Source: Octopus sinensis (taxonomy: Eukaryota). Taken from it: a stretch of 64,000 nucleotides of DNA. Made by a program: the position numbers and the translations under genes. The notes beneath the pieces are model-generated. The model searched no databases. It saw only the letters and a list, made by a program, of their open reading frames with translations, and had not been told where the DNA came from. The stretch is taken from positions 53,878,001 through 53,942,000 of the forward strand of contig NC_043002.1 in assembly GCF_006345805.1 (NCBI RefSeq), in the 5' to 3' direction. Positions 44,206-59,824 of this stretch are shown one piece after another (the stretch's first letter is position 1; the number at the start of each line of letters is the position of its first letter).

Positions 44206-44740
44206 TATTCCACATACAGCTAAAATTAAATGTCATACATACATACATACATACATACATACATACATACATACATACATACATACATACATACAAACAT
44301 ACATACGTACATACATACATGTATTAGGTTGGCGCTCAGAATAAGATGACAGAAAGAGCGGGTGTATAACCATTCAACCAACGCTCGTCATCAGGAAGAG
44401 GAGAGAGGAGGGGTCCAGAATAGTAACTCACGTGTGAGGCTAAAGGCTAAAGTGACCGGAAGTTGAGATAGAGAAAGTGTTTTTTAAGGTAGGAAAGTGC
44501 GAAAATGGCCAGTGTATGTGCGGGGCGGGGTAGTATCTGCGTGAATATGTGTTTGTCTTCATTTGAGTGGTCTATGCGTAATGATTGATTTGGAACGGGT
44601 TGGTACCAGCAGTTCTGTTTAGTGGTGAGATGTGATGTGACGAGTGTATGATATATATATATACATACATAGACATACGTGTATGTGTATTTATGTATGT
44701 ACGTATCTACTTACGTATGTATGCATGTATATAAGGGTAT

Positions 44741-44831
<91 letters not shown>

Positions 44832-44833
44832 CC

Positions 44834-44880
<47 letters not shown>

Positions 44881-45289
44881 GTGTGTGTGTGTGTGTGTGG
44901 GTGTGGGGTACATTACAAATACGTGAATCCAGAACAGAAAGATAGCAAAAGTATTGTAACAAGTGAACGAACTCACAGTGTAACTTCGAAGTGAAAAACT
45001 TAGGATGAATAATAAAATAAAAAGAAATGCGAGCGAATACGTGAGAAGCAACCGTTTTACATTGTTCACGAGAAAATTTATTTGAAAATGCTTAATTGAA
45101 AATTCTTCACCGGTGTTGGTGCGTGTACGTTGTTAATTGTAAATTGAATGAAGGCAGACATTGAAACGATTGTAAGACTTACGTAGTCGGCAGCTATATA
45201 AATAATTTGATTTGGCTGTATTCAAACTCACCATTTTCTTCTGCTATTATACAGCTGCACATATGTATGTATGGATGTACGTATGTATT

Positions 45290-45529
45290 TATGTATGTCA
45301 TTATTCAGTTTATTTCAATACTTTTTGCCAATAGAGAAAGAATCTGTTTCAAACCTAGATCCAAGGCTCTTTCACTAGAATTTCAACATCAACAACAGGG
45401 TATTTTTGGTTGAATGTATGTATGTATGTATGTATGTATGTAGGTAGGTAGGTAGGTAGGTAGGTAGGTAGGTTGGAAGGTATGTATGTATGTATGTATG
45501 TATGTAGGTAGGTAGGTAGGTAGGTAGAT

Positions 45530-45564
<35 letters not shown>

Positions 45565-47040
45565 TAGCTAGCTAGCTAAGTAAGTAGATAGGTAGATGGA
45601 GATTTGTATGTTTTATATATGTTTTCTCATAGATTGCATATATAGGTATGCTAATATATATATTTAAATAATAAACTTCTTGAAAGTTCTACAGGTTTTT
45701 ATAGTTCCCGTGATGGATTGGATCTTTCTCTTTTCTGCTTTTGAGAAGCCTAATTTCTCAAGATTGGTATTTAGACAGTGCGTTACTTATCCCAGGGCCC
45801 CATTGATTACAAGTATAAACTTGAATTTGTAATCTGGATAGAGTAACTGCTGATTTCTAAATAGTTCAGCATAAGTGTTCTCTTTTTCACTGATCTTCAG
45901 CTTTATGTTAACATCCGCTAGGCAGCCAATTTCCGCAATTGTGCGCAGTTTCCCATATCATTATATCAGGCCTGTTGTGCTTACATTTGATTGAGATCTT
46001 AATTGGTACATTCCACCAGTATTCCATTTTATTATGAGTGGCTATGGCTTCTACCATATTGTGGGTTTTTAATTCTTTGTCCTCGGGATTATCCTTTCGA
46101 CAGATTTCATTATAGAGTGTCCTAGCTACAACGTCAAGTCTCATAGGTAGACATACCGTAAGGACATTTTCGGACAACTGCTTATGATGTGCGTGATATC
46201 TTCAGTTTGAACTCCACAAAGTCTGTATCGGTTGTCACACTTTATGGTTTTGCCTGCATCTCTATCCCTTTTGTGCATCTGGTACTTGGTTGATAGTTTC
46301 TGTTCCTAAATTGCAAACGTATACCCTTCAAAGTGGGAGGTAGTAATCCGGCTATTGATCCATGATACACTACTTTGATGATCGATGTTACTATCATCAC
46401 GGATCTTTCTAGTAACATATCCATTCATTGTCTTCTGCTCATACAGCCTCATCCTTTCATCTGATAATACGTTGCAGTAGAGTTGTGCTATCTCTTTGGG
46501 CATGTATTCTAGGTTATCAGATAAAGAGTGTTGCTGAAGGAGTTACCTTACAAGTCGTATGATGCTATCAGTCTCATGAATGCAAACTTGGTCAAGAAAT
46601 GCACTTCGACACAAGCTAGTTAAAAGATGTTGCCGAAGGGATATGATGCGACATTCAAAGGTATTTTCGATTGATATTAAGCCTCTACCGCCTTGTTTTC
46701 GTTTTAGTTACAGGTGGTCGACATCACTGTTGATGTGGAAATTATGTCTGCTTGTTAGTATTTTTCAGGTTTTCACATTAATGAATCGGATCTCATCAAG
46801 CGTCCAATCAAGCAGCCCAAATGTTGGTTTAAGTACTGGCACTGCAAACACATAACATTCTTTTGCGTCACATCTTTTATCACAGATGCCACTGTAGGAT
46901 ATAGTTTCATCCACAGCTAGATACCTGTAACATTCCTCGTCAGATACAGGGGAAAAAGTCAAATCAATGATGGAGATGTTACTAGTCTGGTTTATAGTTT
47001 CCTCCTTTTCAGAAGCATATAACAACATTTACCCTGACCA
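45290..47040 (-). mobile_element. R4/Dong-like retrotransposon 3' portion with 3' UTR, degenerate
   Basis: FAVPVLKPTFGLLDWTLDEIRFI, TTSHFEGY, LCGVQTEDITHIISSCPKM, YWWNVPIKISIKCKHNRPDIMIWE, GTIKTCRTFKKFII*; 3' end aataatgac followed by (ACAT)n. Confidence 0.85.
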
Positions 47041-49124
47041 AACTCCAACTCCACATCCTTTGAGAATGATGTAACAAGGTCAAGACTCTTTTTCATCAAG
47101 TAAAAAGATAAAAGATATTAGAGACAATGTATCAAATGTTGATATGGTTATGGCTCAGATTAACTCGAATATTCAAACAGTATTTAAGTTACAGACGTCG
47201 GCTAAGTGAAAGGAAAAGCTAATCTTGTCAAGAACCGAACTTAGTATATGAAGAGAATCTATAGCACACCTGAAAATATTAATATCAATATTTATATTTA
47301 ATCTATTGAATTATAGAATGTAGTTCAATAAGTTCTTTCATTTCCAATATTCAATCATATGCAACTACTTGACAGATATTGACCTTTTTTTACAACACGT
47401 TTTGCTTCAGGAAATATGAGATATATAACATGCATTTAAAGCTCCGAACAGAAGTTATAAAAAATGATATTGACAGCGAGCAGTAGAGAAATGCAGAGAT
47501 GTACATGCATAGAAAATGCTTTCATCTGAGATCGTGAGCTGAAACTAAAGAAACTAAAGAAATTACAGCAGTGTAGAAGACACAAGTTAGCCGTTCAGAA
47601 ACACACAGAAATCACTAACTTCACTTAAACATTTATTTTTGATATGGTGTCAAAATTTTAGTCGCTCGAAACTGGGAACCGCTCTCTAACAAATGGAAAG
47701 ATAGAAAGAGATAGAAAAAATATTATTCGTGTGAGCCCGACAGCTTAACAAACTATCACGTTATCATCATTCTTTTCTGTATTGCTTTGCTTTGTAAGAA
47801 GAGGTTATATTTATGACCTTAGCTGCATTTCTGGTTAAATAATTATTATGATTAATATTTGTTTTTGTCAGTTTCAAGGCGACGGCTGCAGAAATAACAT
47901 TTGGAAAAGGATTCTAGAAGACCGAGGCTCTGGGAAGGAAAGATTGGGTGTAGCAATTAATGAGACAATTGGAAGCAAATAAGATGATGAGAAGGAGATG
48001 GGTGTTTGTGTATTGCCAGCCCCAGGCCAGTTAGCTCGAAGAATTGAGTCCACTGTAATTGTGATAGAAAACACAAGGAGAAGGTAGGCCTCTCCGTGTG
48101 CCAGGCGTCATAGTACATTTGTGAGTGAATATATGCTTATTAGTGGAGTGGCATTTTTGGAGTGGGGGATATTGTCTTTCATTGCAGCAACGTTATTCCA
48201 GATGTGACTGCATTACTAAAATGTGGAATTCATTTGAGATATGACGAAAGTAAACATTTCTGGAATTATTTTCTGACTCCCGAAAAGATGAAATCATTAC
48301 ACTGCTGAGCATATATATCCGCCAGGACAAAATCAAGGTGATTGTGAGGACTGCCATTTAGATTGATTGATGGGTCCTAATTATATTATTATAATTAGTA
48401 TATTATTTTAGTTTTGCGTATGCAATAAACTCTTGGTGATATTTGAGGCGATTGTGTTCTTCAACTTTTGATGGAAACAAGATTGGAATAATTCTAATGA
48501 CAGACTTTTGAAGGTCAATCTTCAGTCAAAAGCGACTTGGCATTAGATGTTTACACTGCGTGTGAGTATTGCTTGAATGCGGCAGGTTAAGGCGCCAAGA
48601 ATGCTAATATCATCTGCCTAAGAGTGAACGTTGCTGGACATGATCTGCAAGTGTGCAGTTGATTTATAGGAAGAAAAGGATGGGAGACAAGAGCTGAAAA
48701 GTTCTTTCTCTCAGAAAGTGTTTAGAAGCTCTGAACATATAATGGAATCAAACTGATTAGAATCTTATACTAAACCGATCAAATTGTGTGAATTTCATAT
48801 ACACATTTCGTAGTACTACTGATGTCACATGAAAAAAGATAGTTTGTGCAACCCGTAATTTGAACTCACTTCGGGATTTCTAGCCTACAAATGTAATCAG
48901 CATCACCGAATCTTCTGTAAAAAATTCACCGAATTTTCTGATAAAAATGAAATATATAGGATAAAGAGAAAGAAATATATAGAGATAGGGAGAGAGAAAA
49001 CAAGAAAAGAAAAAGTAATAACAGCAAGTAGCAAACTTTCAATGAGGAGCATGGAATTATTCAGTACCGAGAGGGCAGAGAAGAAATATGCGATAGCTGT
49101 AAACAGGTGGAAATGTGACTGTGC

Positions 49125-49500
49125 TAAGAAGTTTCCTTTCCAACCACATGGTTGCATCTTCAGTTCAACTGTGTGGCATCATGGGCGAGTATTTTCTGCT
49201 ATTGCCTTGGGCCGATCAATGCCTTGTGGATGCATTCGGTGGACGGAAACTGAAAACAGCCCCTCCTATATGTGTTTGTGTGTGTGTGTGCCTTTGAGTC
49301 TGTGTTTGGCCCCGACCATCGCTTGACAACCAGTGTAGGTTTGTTTACATCCTCGTAATTTAGTGGTTCGGCAAAGGAACCAATAGAACGAGTACCAGGA
49401 TTTAAGAAAGCAAGTACTTGAGTCGATGTATTAGACTAGAGAAAATTCTTCCGAGCGGTATCCCACCATGTCCGAAGTCTAAGGATTGCAATAAGTAAAA
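49125..49500 (+). mobile_element. SINE family S2, degenerate
   Basis: ccaaccacatggttgc, gacaaccagtgtagg and gtggttcggcaaagga match S2. Confidence 0.7.
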
Positions 49501-49989
49501 AAATAAATGATAAAGCAGAGAGAAAGGACTTTCTCAAATATATAATAAACATACTGTATTGCATCTCTAGCTAGATTTGTAGATGAGCGTGTATATGTAT
49601 ATGTGTACATATATGTATGTGTGTACATGTAGGTATGTTGTTCGTTGAGATTTATTTAAGTTCTATTTAATGGAGTTCAAGACAGTCGCCAATAATGCGA
49701 CGAGACTTTCTGAGTTAAGAGACTTCCCGGAGCTTGTAAATATATGGTTAAGTTAATGTGTGCGTACATGTAGATGCCTACATGTTTCTTTTGGGTTTAG
49801 GTGCTTGTGTGTGCACTCGCGTAGGTGTATGTGCGTGCACTATTTTTTTTTTTTGCATATAAGTCCTTGTAGATATACGCAACCAAGTGCGTGCGTAGAT
49901 TCATTTACTTATTGCTCAGGTATAGAATGTCCTTAGAATGTTCAACACAAATTATCATTCTGTCGCTATTAGATTGGATTTGAAGGACG

Positions 49990-50220
49990 CGCGTATGTAT
50001 GTATGTCATTATTCAGTTTTATTTCAAGATTTCATGCCAATAGAGGAAAAGACTGTTTCTAACCTAGATCTAAGGCTCTTTCATTCCAATTTCAACAGTA
50101 TCAACAAGGTACTTCTGTTTGTATGTATGTATGTATGTATGTATACGCGTAGATTTGTATGTTTTGCTATAGTTATGTATTCCCAAGCATATTGTTACAT
50201 ATCTATACATAGTTATATAT
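49990..50220 (-). mobile_element. R4-like 3' UTR-only insertion within (TATG)n
   Basis: Colinear with 45290-45420 and ~45600-45660 (gtcattattcagttt; aacctagatc.aaggctctttca). Confidence 0.7.
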
Positions 50221-50869
50221 AATTATGCATGTATGTATGTATTATGGTATGTACGTATGTGTGTATGAACGTATGTTTGAATGTATGTATGTATGCATGT
50301 ATGTATGCATGTGTGTGTGTTTGTATCTATGTATAGAGCATTATTCCACATCAGTGTAGTCGCTTGTCATGTTTACTCACCCAGTAGACTATTTTGTTTT
50401 TCGTTTTAACATACTGCTTGAAGAAACGTTGCTACTCCTTACTTTTATTTCTTGGATGCAGTCGCACCGAAGCTCTAAACACCTTTCACATCGTAACATA
50501 GACGATACTAAGTGAAGGATACGATTTCGATAGATACAGTTCTTTCTTCGAAATATAAAGTTGGACCACGTCTGGATTTGAAATCAGTCCCCAAAGTGCC
50601 GAAAAAAATCATTGTAAACCGAAATACTCTTTGCCTGGCATTCTCTAAGAATTCTGACTAGCACGTTATATGTATATGTTTGCGCGCGTGTATATTATAT
50701 GGAAGTGTGTGTGTGTGTCTGTCTGTGTTTGCGCATGTGCGTGCGGCGTGTGCATGCTTCAGTGAGTATAAATGTATGTATGGAGATATGGTGTTGTGAA
50801 CTGGCAATACATATATGTATATACATATATACATCTATATATATATATCAACTCGTGTGTTCCTATTCA

Positions 50870-50907
<38 letters not shown>

Positions 50908-51040
50908 CATATATATATTATATATATATTAAATTTGTATATGTTTGTTTATTATACATATTACAGGTAATATATATACATACATGCATACACACTCGCA
51001 CACGCGCACACACACATACATACATACATACATACATACA

Positions 51041-51076
<36 letters not shown>

Positions 51077-51720
51077 TACATAGACCCATACATACAGAAG
51101 AGTGCATAAAATGGGTCCGAGAGCATAATAATATTTCAGAAATCATTGTGCATATCACCATACACACGCGGAAATTACATGGACATAAAAGTGCCAAGAG
51201 TCTGATATATATGCAGAGTCCATTGTGTGTAATGTTTATTGTATTCAATAACGAAGATTACAAATCCATTCATAATGTTTCCGAGCAGCAAATTTTATTC
51301 GGTCGACTGTACTTATAAATAGACAGAAAGGTAATCCGGGATTTCTCCGAAACCTACAGATGAATAGTTTTGGCCAAACATGGATGGCTTGCACGAAAGA
51401 TTTTTACTTTCATTATAGGTTTATATTCTTATATGCATACGCCACACTCTTATGCACAAACACATATATAATAGAAGTTGAGAAGTTTGTAATGTAGAAT
51501 ATAAGCATATATAAAGTATTATATATGCATCTGCTATATATACAGAAATTACAATGTGCGTAGGTTTTGTAAGCATAAATTTATTTATATCAGCGTATAT
51601 CAAATGTTGTGAACGTTAACTAAATACACATACGCTCATAAAAATTCTTGCAAGCACGCATATACTCTCCATATCGCACACACACGCACACACACACGCA
51701 CACACGCAGATATATATCTA

Positions 51721-51756
<36 letters not shown>

Positions 51757-51802
51757 TGAATGTATGTATGTATGTATGTATATATATATATATATATACA
51801 TA

Positions 51803-51917
<115 letters not shown>

Positions 51918-51929
51918 CAGCGTGTGTAT

Positions 51930-52110
51930 CGTTGACGATTTTCTTTGTCCGTCTTCCCTTCTTTGGACTTCTATATTTTTGACGAAGAGCTCCGCTCCAA
52001 AGAAAATAATCTTTCTTTTTTTCCTTTCCTGAGCGTCCAATAACACTCTACTTATTCCACGCCCTTACGTGTTGTAGTATTTTCTTGCTTATTCATGTTT
52101 GGATTAAATT
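51930..52110 (+). mobile_element. PLE-type tail, paralog of 9790-9990, ending in (AT)n
   Basis: gacgaagagctccgctc and ctgagcgtccaat shared with 9790-9990. Confidence 0.55.
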
Positions 52111-52121
52111 CATATATATAT

Positions 52122-52163
<42 letters not shown>

Positions 52164-53640
52164 TGTATTATATATATCGTATTTTTATATGTATACATGT
52201 GTATGTAGATAGACTGATGGATAGATACATAGATACATAGATACATACATATGTATGCACACTTTTATCGTCTTAATAGCTTGTGTACCTCAATATGTTT
52301 GTGCATATATGTGTGTGCATGTTTGCGTGCGTGCATGCTTGTGTGTGTGAGTGCGCGTGTGTGTGCGAGTTCTACGCAATGATGCAGAGAGGGAGACTCA
52401 CATGTGTGTCTGGATGGGTAGCAAATCTATTTGCAGATGGAAATCACTCAAATATAGAGTTTTGGGAATTATTTTAATGGAAGAAAGTAAGTATGTGACA
52501 TATTAATTTCGGTTAACTGATTGAAAGCAATCTCGCTTCGTGTAGGGAAGCATATTCACGTTACATGTCACAATTACACACTTGTACGTATCGTACTATA
52601 TATATATACATATATATATATATATACATATATACATATATATATAATTTTTGGTTGATAAATAACATTATCGATGTATATATTGCAAGATACTCGTTAC
52701 TAAATGTGCATTAATATATATATATTTATAAAGCAACACGTTCACAATACCGGATCGGAAGAATTTTCGCGCGGATGCGTTCATATCCTCACGTGGTTTG
52801 AAATATTATGAAATATAATTATTCTGCATGTATTAATATTCCTACCTCCATTAAGATAGCTAACTCTTACCTGGGCTGTATTAAAATTTGTGTCGAAAAA
52901 TATATGTATATTAGTTCGTTAGAAATCAAAAGTATATCAACTAAAATTACGACGGTCAATATAGAAGCAATAAGGAGGGAAACAAAATTATAGTTGTCGC
53001 AGAAGGGAAAAAAGCGAACAGGAAGAAATTTTTAATGTCAGTGCATTTATATAGTTTTAGTCCAATGAGGCAGTTGTTTCTTTGTTCAGTAAGAGATGCT
53101 TTGTGACATATCTGCATTTCCCAAGGAACTCTGATCCTGTGATTTACTGCTTCAACATTATTCTTGATTGCATCAGTTTATTGTATTTTACTTCCCTTGT
53201 TTCTGTACAACTATATCTTTAACATTCGCTTTTGTAGTATTTAAATCTTTGGTTTTTATTTTGAATTCAATGTGTAATCTGCTAATATTTTAGTGATTCC
53301 TTTTCACTGAATGTCTAGAAAAAAAAATGATATATAATACGATAACATTTGCTTCCAATTTCCATCTGCCATATCTATGTCCTTCGTATATATTTTTCAT
53401 TTCAGTTTCTAAGGCAACTAATATTTTATCTGCAGATTGCGTCTTTTAAAAGGTGTTCTATATGACTTGACTGAATTTTTCTTCTGTTAAGAACAAAAAT
53501 GTTCTGGCACTGTTAGATTTAACATTCAATGAAGTGGTGTATATAACACTTAGGATGTGACGGCGCAGCTTGTGTGAATAGAGGGAGTAATATAAGTGAA
53601 TAAGCAGTGTATATATATACATATACATATATATATATAC

Positions 53641-53685
<45 letters not shown>

Positions 53686-53697
53686 TATGCATGTATG

Positions 53698-53740
<43 letters not shown>

Positions 53741-54177
53741 AGAGAGAGAAAAGGGAGATGGATGGATGGAAACATAAATGTAACTTTTTTCTATCTATCT
53801 CCATGGTACATCGGCATATATTTGCGGATGTTTTTCGTGATAGGAAAGTAAATACATTTTCTATCAATAAAAGCTAAAAGAACCGATTTTGCTAAATATC
53901 TCCTACAAACATAGAGGGCCGTCTGAAGGAAAGAATCAAAATTTGATTATATTTGAAATGTACGAAACATATGCCACAGCTTAATATCATTTCACCTGTG
54001 TTTATGTTGTATCATATCGGTTAGAGTAGGTTATGTATACATGCATTCGAACACGTACACACAGAGATACACAAACACACATATATGTATATGTTTGCAT
54101 GCATGTATGCATAATCTACTCTATATATACTTACACACACACACATATATATAGGTATGTATACACAAACACACACA

Positions 54178-54226
<49 letters not shown>

Positions 54227-55427
54227 AGTATATATACATATATATAGTGTATATACATATATATATAGTATATATATAGTGTATTATATATATATATATA
54301 TGTGTGTGTATGTGTGTGTGTGTGTGTATAATCGAGTATCTGTCAAGATCACTAATGTAACAGAAACCAAGGGAATTTTTTAAATCTAACACACATGACC
54401 TTTCTGCTGCGAAAGAAACTAACAGTGTTGTCACAACCGCTTATCACATAATGACAGAACAAATTTGCAACCCCTTAACCACCAGTTGATGGCATATTCC
54501 CCTATTGTCTAATACAGTTATGTATCACAGTTTGGAATCTGTTGTTTAAGGCATAAAAAAAATACGTAAAAGGACTATGACTTTCATCATTTAAAATCTT
54601 GAATGGCTGTTTTGGTTTTTGTTTGTAATATGTTATATAATCTACATAAGCCATTTACAATAATGACAATATATCAAACAAAAGCGAACACATGCTCCGA
54701 CATGAATCAAATTGCTCACTCGACACTCATGAAATGCTATCGTAAATATTCATAAATGCTCACAAATATGTCTCATTTAATTTATGCTCACTATCTCTAC
54801 AAGTTAGATTAAAGCTAATTACTATTCATATTTTTTTCTCTAAGCCATAATCTTTGAGTTCTAACGATACGGTACTGGTGGTGCAGTGAGTGCGAAATTA
54901 CTTATGATCTTCATGCGATATTGTGGGTGTAATAGAGTTAGTTTATCTAGTAAAGCGTTTACTAGTGATAATTTAATAGACAATTTTGTTCAGATAGTTC
55001 AAACAGTAGAATAAATTCAATAATTTTATGCTGAAGGGAAGTTGTTTGAACTATTTGATTACTCTTTACTGACGCAGAACATGACTAGTTTTCTGGAGTT
55101 CTACTGTGTTGCTATAGCATTTGCTAATAATTTCTTTAGTATAATCGGTAACATTGTTTACTTGATTTAAAACCCACACATTGTTCGACTTTAAAAAACT
55201 AATTCTTTTATTTTTATTTTAAAGTTTTATTAATTTATTGGATGTGTTTGTAAATGCTTTAAAATTTTAATTGTTTGTGTTGTAGCTAATTGCTATATAT
55301 GTGTATAATTAGTTCTCATGTGCGCGTGTCCGTTTGTATGTAATGATGTATGTAAATATCTGTATACATTTATATATACATTTCTGCATATATCTATGTA
55401 TCCACATGGTAATATATACGTAATTTA

Positions 55428-55520
55428 GGGCGGCGAGGAGGCAGAATCGTTAGCACGCCGGGCAAGATGATCAACGGCATTTTGTGTCTTTACGTTCTTA
55501 GTTCAAATTCTACCGAGTTG
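55428..55520 (+). mobile_element. SINE S1 tRNA-like head
   Basis: ggcggcgaggaggcagaatcgttagcacgccgggc...gttcaaattc (A- and B-box-like). Confidence 0.7.
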
Positions 55521-56444
55521 GAATGCTAGATAAAACAAACACTGAAGCGATCGGATGTAAATTCTAATAATGCACACAAATAACCTACTTCAAACAAAAC
55601 AATATATGAATTATACCCATATTCTCGTCAAGTTCATGCGGTCATACGTAGGTTTTGTCATTTCCCAATCCATCAGTTACTCTTTATACGAAACAATCTC
55701 AACACCATCGCTGCCACACTTCGAAATATATAATTTCTTTTCGGTTTATAAATGTATTTTCAGATTCTACTTGATCAATGTGTCTTGTATCGTTTTTCAC
55801 ACATTTAGTCATTAACACACTTTTACAAACTAAACGTTACTTTAACCCTCTCACTCTGAAAATAGCCTTACTTTTCAAGTTATAAAAATAATTACAGTCC
55901 TTTGCAGATGAGCAGATTCATTCGAATGTTCACAAACTCACTCTGTAACAAAATTTATAACAACCTTTAATAGCTCAACTGTAGAGATGACTACGTATAT
56001 GACCAAGGCGGCCTCAGTTGTGTCAAACATGCATCAACCAAATGATGGAATTGGTTTGGCTACAAATGTCAATTGAAACTAAATTGTAATATTGCCTTCC
56101 TACAAAGTTTACTATTCCAACATTCTTTCATTCTTTCACAAAACAATATTTTAGGTGTTATAGAAATTGGGATTATAAGAATTCGTAACGTTCAAGGCAT
56201 TAATCACGTAATTATGCAGTGAATGAGTTAAAGCCGTGAACTGAAATGGAATTTTAATTGAGATTGCAAACATTCAACCGGATAAATATCTTCCCGGATG
56301 GCAAAACTGTAGTATATCCATGCATTAGTTTTTATTGTTTTTCCTGTTGTTGTTGCATAGTCAATGTTCACCCCTCATGATCAAGCAAACCATTGAGAAC
56401 AGACAATTCAATAATGATCTTTAAGTCCTTTTAATATGAGTGAG

Positions 56445-56540
56445 TGAGGGCTGCTAATGTTTAGAATATTGCACTCACGATCGCAAGATTGTGGTTTCGA
56501 TTTCCGGACCGGGTGGTTCATTGTACTCTTATGTAAAATA
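56445..56540 (+). mobile_element. SINE S3 head, degenerate
   Basis: gcactcacgatcgcaagattgtggtttcgatttccggaccggg resembles the 4500-4680 and 33480-33762 heads. Confidence 0.55.
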
Positions 56541-57291
56541 CTTCATTTTACGCTCTTCTGCAATCAGACATCTAGGGTGTGGGACACCCTAAACGTGTTC
56601 CACACTCGATTTGATGGATAAAGTGAGCTCATGTACAGCACAATTATTTGATCACTTTAAGCAAATCATCTGTTCAGGTTGTTCCGCAAGAAATTGCGGA
56701 AAACCTTATTTCTCGTTTATGACAGGAGAGTTCACTATAACTATGTTATGTAAGGTAATTTTTCTTTATAAGATGGCACAATGTTATTTGAGGTAGCTTG
56801 CTCATACCTTAGTGAAGGACTTTGGTGATATAAAGAAAAATAATGATTTTTATGAGGAATCGAATGCGAGTCGCAGATTTTGGCTCACTACACGCTTAGT
56901 TCTTGTTCCACCGGTGCTCACTACTTTACAGACAACAATACAGTTCGATTATTCTAGAACTGCTCCAAGATAAGCAGTCAACTTCGTCCTCTCGTTCCTA
57001 ATGATTTTCCCAAGTTACATGTCATGAATTAATATATTAACAGAGATCTGACACAAAAAAAACAAGAATCTACCACTTCCTATTCCCTTTCACTAACATA
57101 TGGTAATTCTCATAGACTTCTCTGCCTCAGGAACTATCTTTATTTAATCGTTTTATTGAGCGACACATTTGTTATTAAGTTGGGTTTTTTTCTAACCTTC
57201 AGTAAAAAGTTACTTCAAATAAAACAAAACTTCTTCCATTGACAAAAATAAAAATAACAATATTCCCCAGAATACAGTCTATTAAATTTTC

Positions 57292-57353
<62 letters not shown>

Positions 57354-58558
57354 GAGAGTAAATTTTCGTTTGTGAATTTGTTACTGAAGATGGTTTAAAA
57401 TGGCTATTAAGTATAAGAAACTATGGTAGTCTATAATGAAGCGTAAGGTACTGGGAAACGATGACACGATGACCGGAACAAAATGGAGTGAATATATACT
57501 AAAAGTATAATGGACGAAATGGATGAGCGGCAATAGTTGACTATAATGCACTAATAGGATAACAATATAATAATTCTAAGTTAGTGAAATATAAGAAAAT
57601 CGAGCACAGATGGGAAAAGTGAGAGAAATAATTGGTTGAAGATTTACAATAATTACTGATTTCTCATATATTCACATGTTTCGCAAATGAGGAGGTCGAC
57701 AGAGTGCCGTGTTATGAAACTCAGCAATGCCAAGTCGTGTATAACGCTTAAGGGGATAAAACATTTTCTTCTCGCTCTGTACCTAAATGCACATGGTTTT
57801 ATATAGCTAGCACATTTATTCCCTAACGTTGTTTTCTTCCGCTTGCATAGGCCATAAATGTAGAATAGATTAAGTGAATATAGTCCACCTCAGGTACTTA
57901 TTTTATCCGCTACAGGGTAATAAAAGGAAAAAAAAAACTTGGTTTCTAGAAAGAATAACAGTCAAAATTATATAGCCGATTAAATATAGTTCTACAGTTT
58001 CTGCTAATCGTAATTTATATTTAAATATCTTGATTTTGGTTTTTATTTAGCACAAGAGCTCATTAAACTCAGAAAAATATACATTATTGTTATATAGTCT
58101 GCGATCAAAATTCATGGAGCAAACCTGTGACCAGAGATGTCTCAGCTAAGGTTATTTCATATACTTTTATATTGTGGACAACATTTTGCTTAATGTCCTC
58201 TGACTTGAATTAATTAACACTAACGTAATTAATAGTCTCAAGTTGAAAGGAGATGCTGCTTCTATGACAAAATAGGAATATACTAAATGTTTCCATTGGT
58301 AGTTTCATTTGTTCCAAGTTCCGAAAACAAAACCGAACTCAGTGCTACAAGATAATTAGACTCGTTAATTTAAATTAGCTTAGCATCTAGCAGCTGCAGG
58401 GCAGAAGTTTAAAGGATGTGTTTCTGTACATATATGTATGTATGAAACTATATATGCATATCGGTGTATATACATAGATATGCACAGACACAAACACACA
58501 CCCTCATGCACACACACACACATATATACACACACACAAACACACACACACGCACATG

Positions 58559-58614
<56 letters not shown>

Positions 58615-58988
58615 AATCAGATTCATGTCGTAATGATGTGAGTTTCACACCGGTGTCCTAAAACAGAATTTCTTTTATTATCATTTAGTATACTGTGTGT
58701 ATGCGCGCGCGTCTGTGTGTGTATGTCTGTACGCGTGTTTTCTTTTTTTTACATCAAGATGTAATCTTGTGTGGGTATGATATACACATAAACTAATTTA
58801 TTACAAACACTCATACACTTTCAGATGCTCATAAAAGCAATAGAGTCTAAATATGAATATTTTGACATTACATGATGATTACTTTTATTGGTCTTCGCCG
58901 AATTTATGTGAGAGTCAGTGAAAATTTTTCGAAAGCATTGTGTTCTTTAATAAATTTCATCTTCAACAATATTCTATATAAAGACAGT

Positions 58989-59323
58989 GAGCTGGCAGAA
59001 ACGTTAGCACGCCGGGCGAAATGCTCAGTGGTATTTCCTCTGCCGTTACGTTCTGAGATCAAATTCCACAGATGTCGTCTTTGCCTTTCATTGTTTCGGG
59101 GTCGATTAATTAAGTACCAATTACGCACTGGGGTCGATGTAATCGACTTAATACCTATGTCTGTCCTTGTTTGTCCCTTCAATGTTTAGCCCCTAGTGGG
59201 TAATAAAGAAATAGGTATTTCGTCTGCAGTTACGTTCTGAGTTCAAATTCCACCGAGGTCGAATTTGCCTTTCATCTTTTCGGGGTCGATTAAATAAGTA
59301 CCAGTTACGCACTGGGGTCGATA
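58989..59323 (+). mobile_element. SINE S1, full copy followed by a head-to-tail partial copy
   Basis: 58989-59214 is full length; 59215-59323 repeats ggtatttc...gcactggggtcgat. Confidence 0.85.
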
Positions 59324-59543
59324 TGTATGTATGTACGTATGTATGTATATATGCATGTATAAGTATATATACTCCATATAAGAGAAAAAAATTTTTCGTT
59401 TTCCGAAATGGCTTACATTAAAACATAGTTTTCTTACATTGTTTTTACAACTTCTTAATTCTTGCTTCGTGATGGTTTCAGATTTGATCTATTTTCCCGG
59501 CAGCTCGCTGTCACGCGTCTATGTTGTTTGCTATTCGCTGCAG

Positions 59544-59693
59544 GTGTATTCTATTTCTTCTTCTTCTTCTTCTTCTTCTCTTCTTCTTCTTCTTCTTCTT
59601 CTTCTTATTATTATTATTATTATTATTATTATATTATTATTATTATTATTATTATTATTATCATCATCATCATCATCATCAACATCATCATCA

Positions 59694-59736
<43 letters not shown>

Positions 59737-59773
59737 CATCATCATCATCATCAACATCATCATCATCATTATT

Positions 59774-59823
<50 letters not shown>
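59544..59823. repeat. (TTC)n-(TTA)n-(TCA)n compound microsatellite with a 72-bp internal duplication
   Basis: Same CAA interruption at 59680 and 59752. Confidence 0.9.

Positions 59824-59824
<1 letters not shown>

Noticed and set aside
47871-48084. Plus-strand segment with acceptor and AAG/GTAGGC donor
   Set aside because: Stop codons in all frames; no recognisable product.
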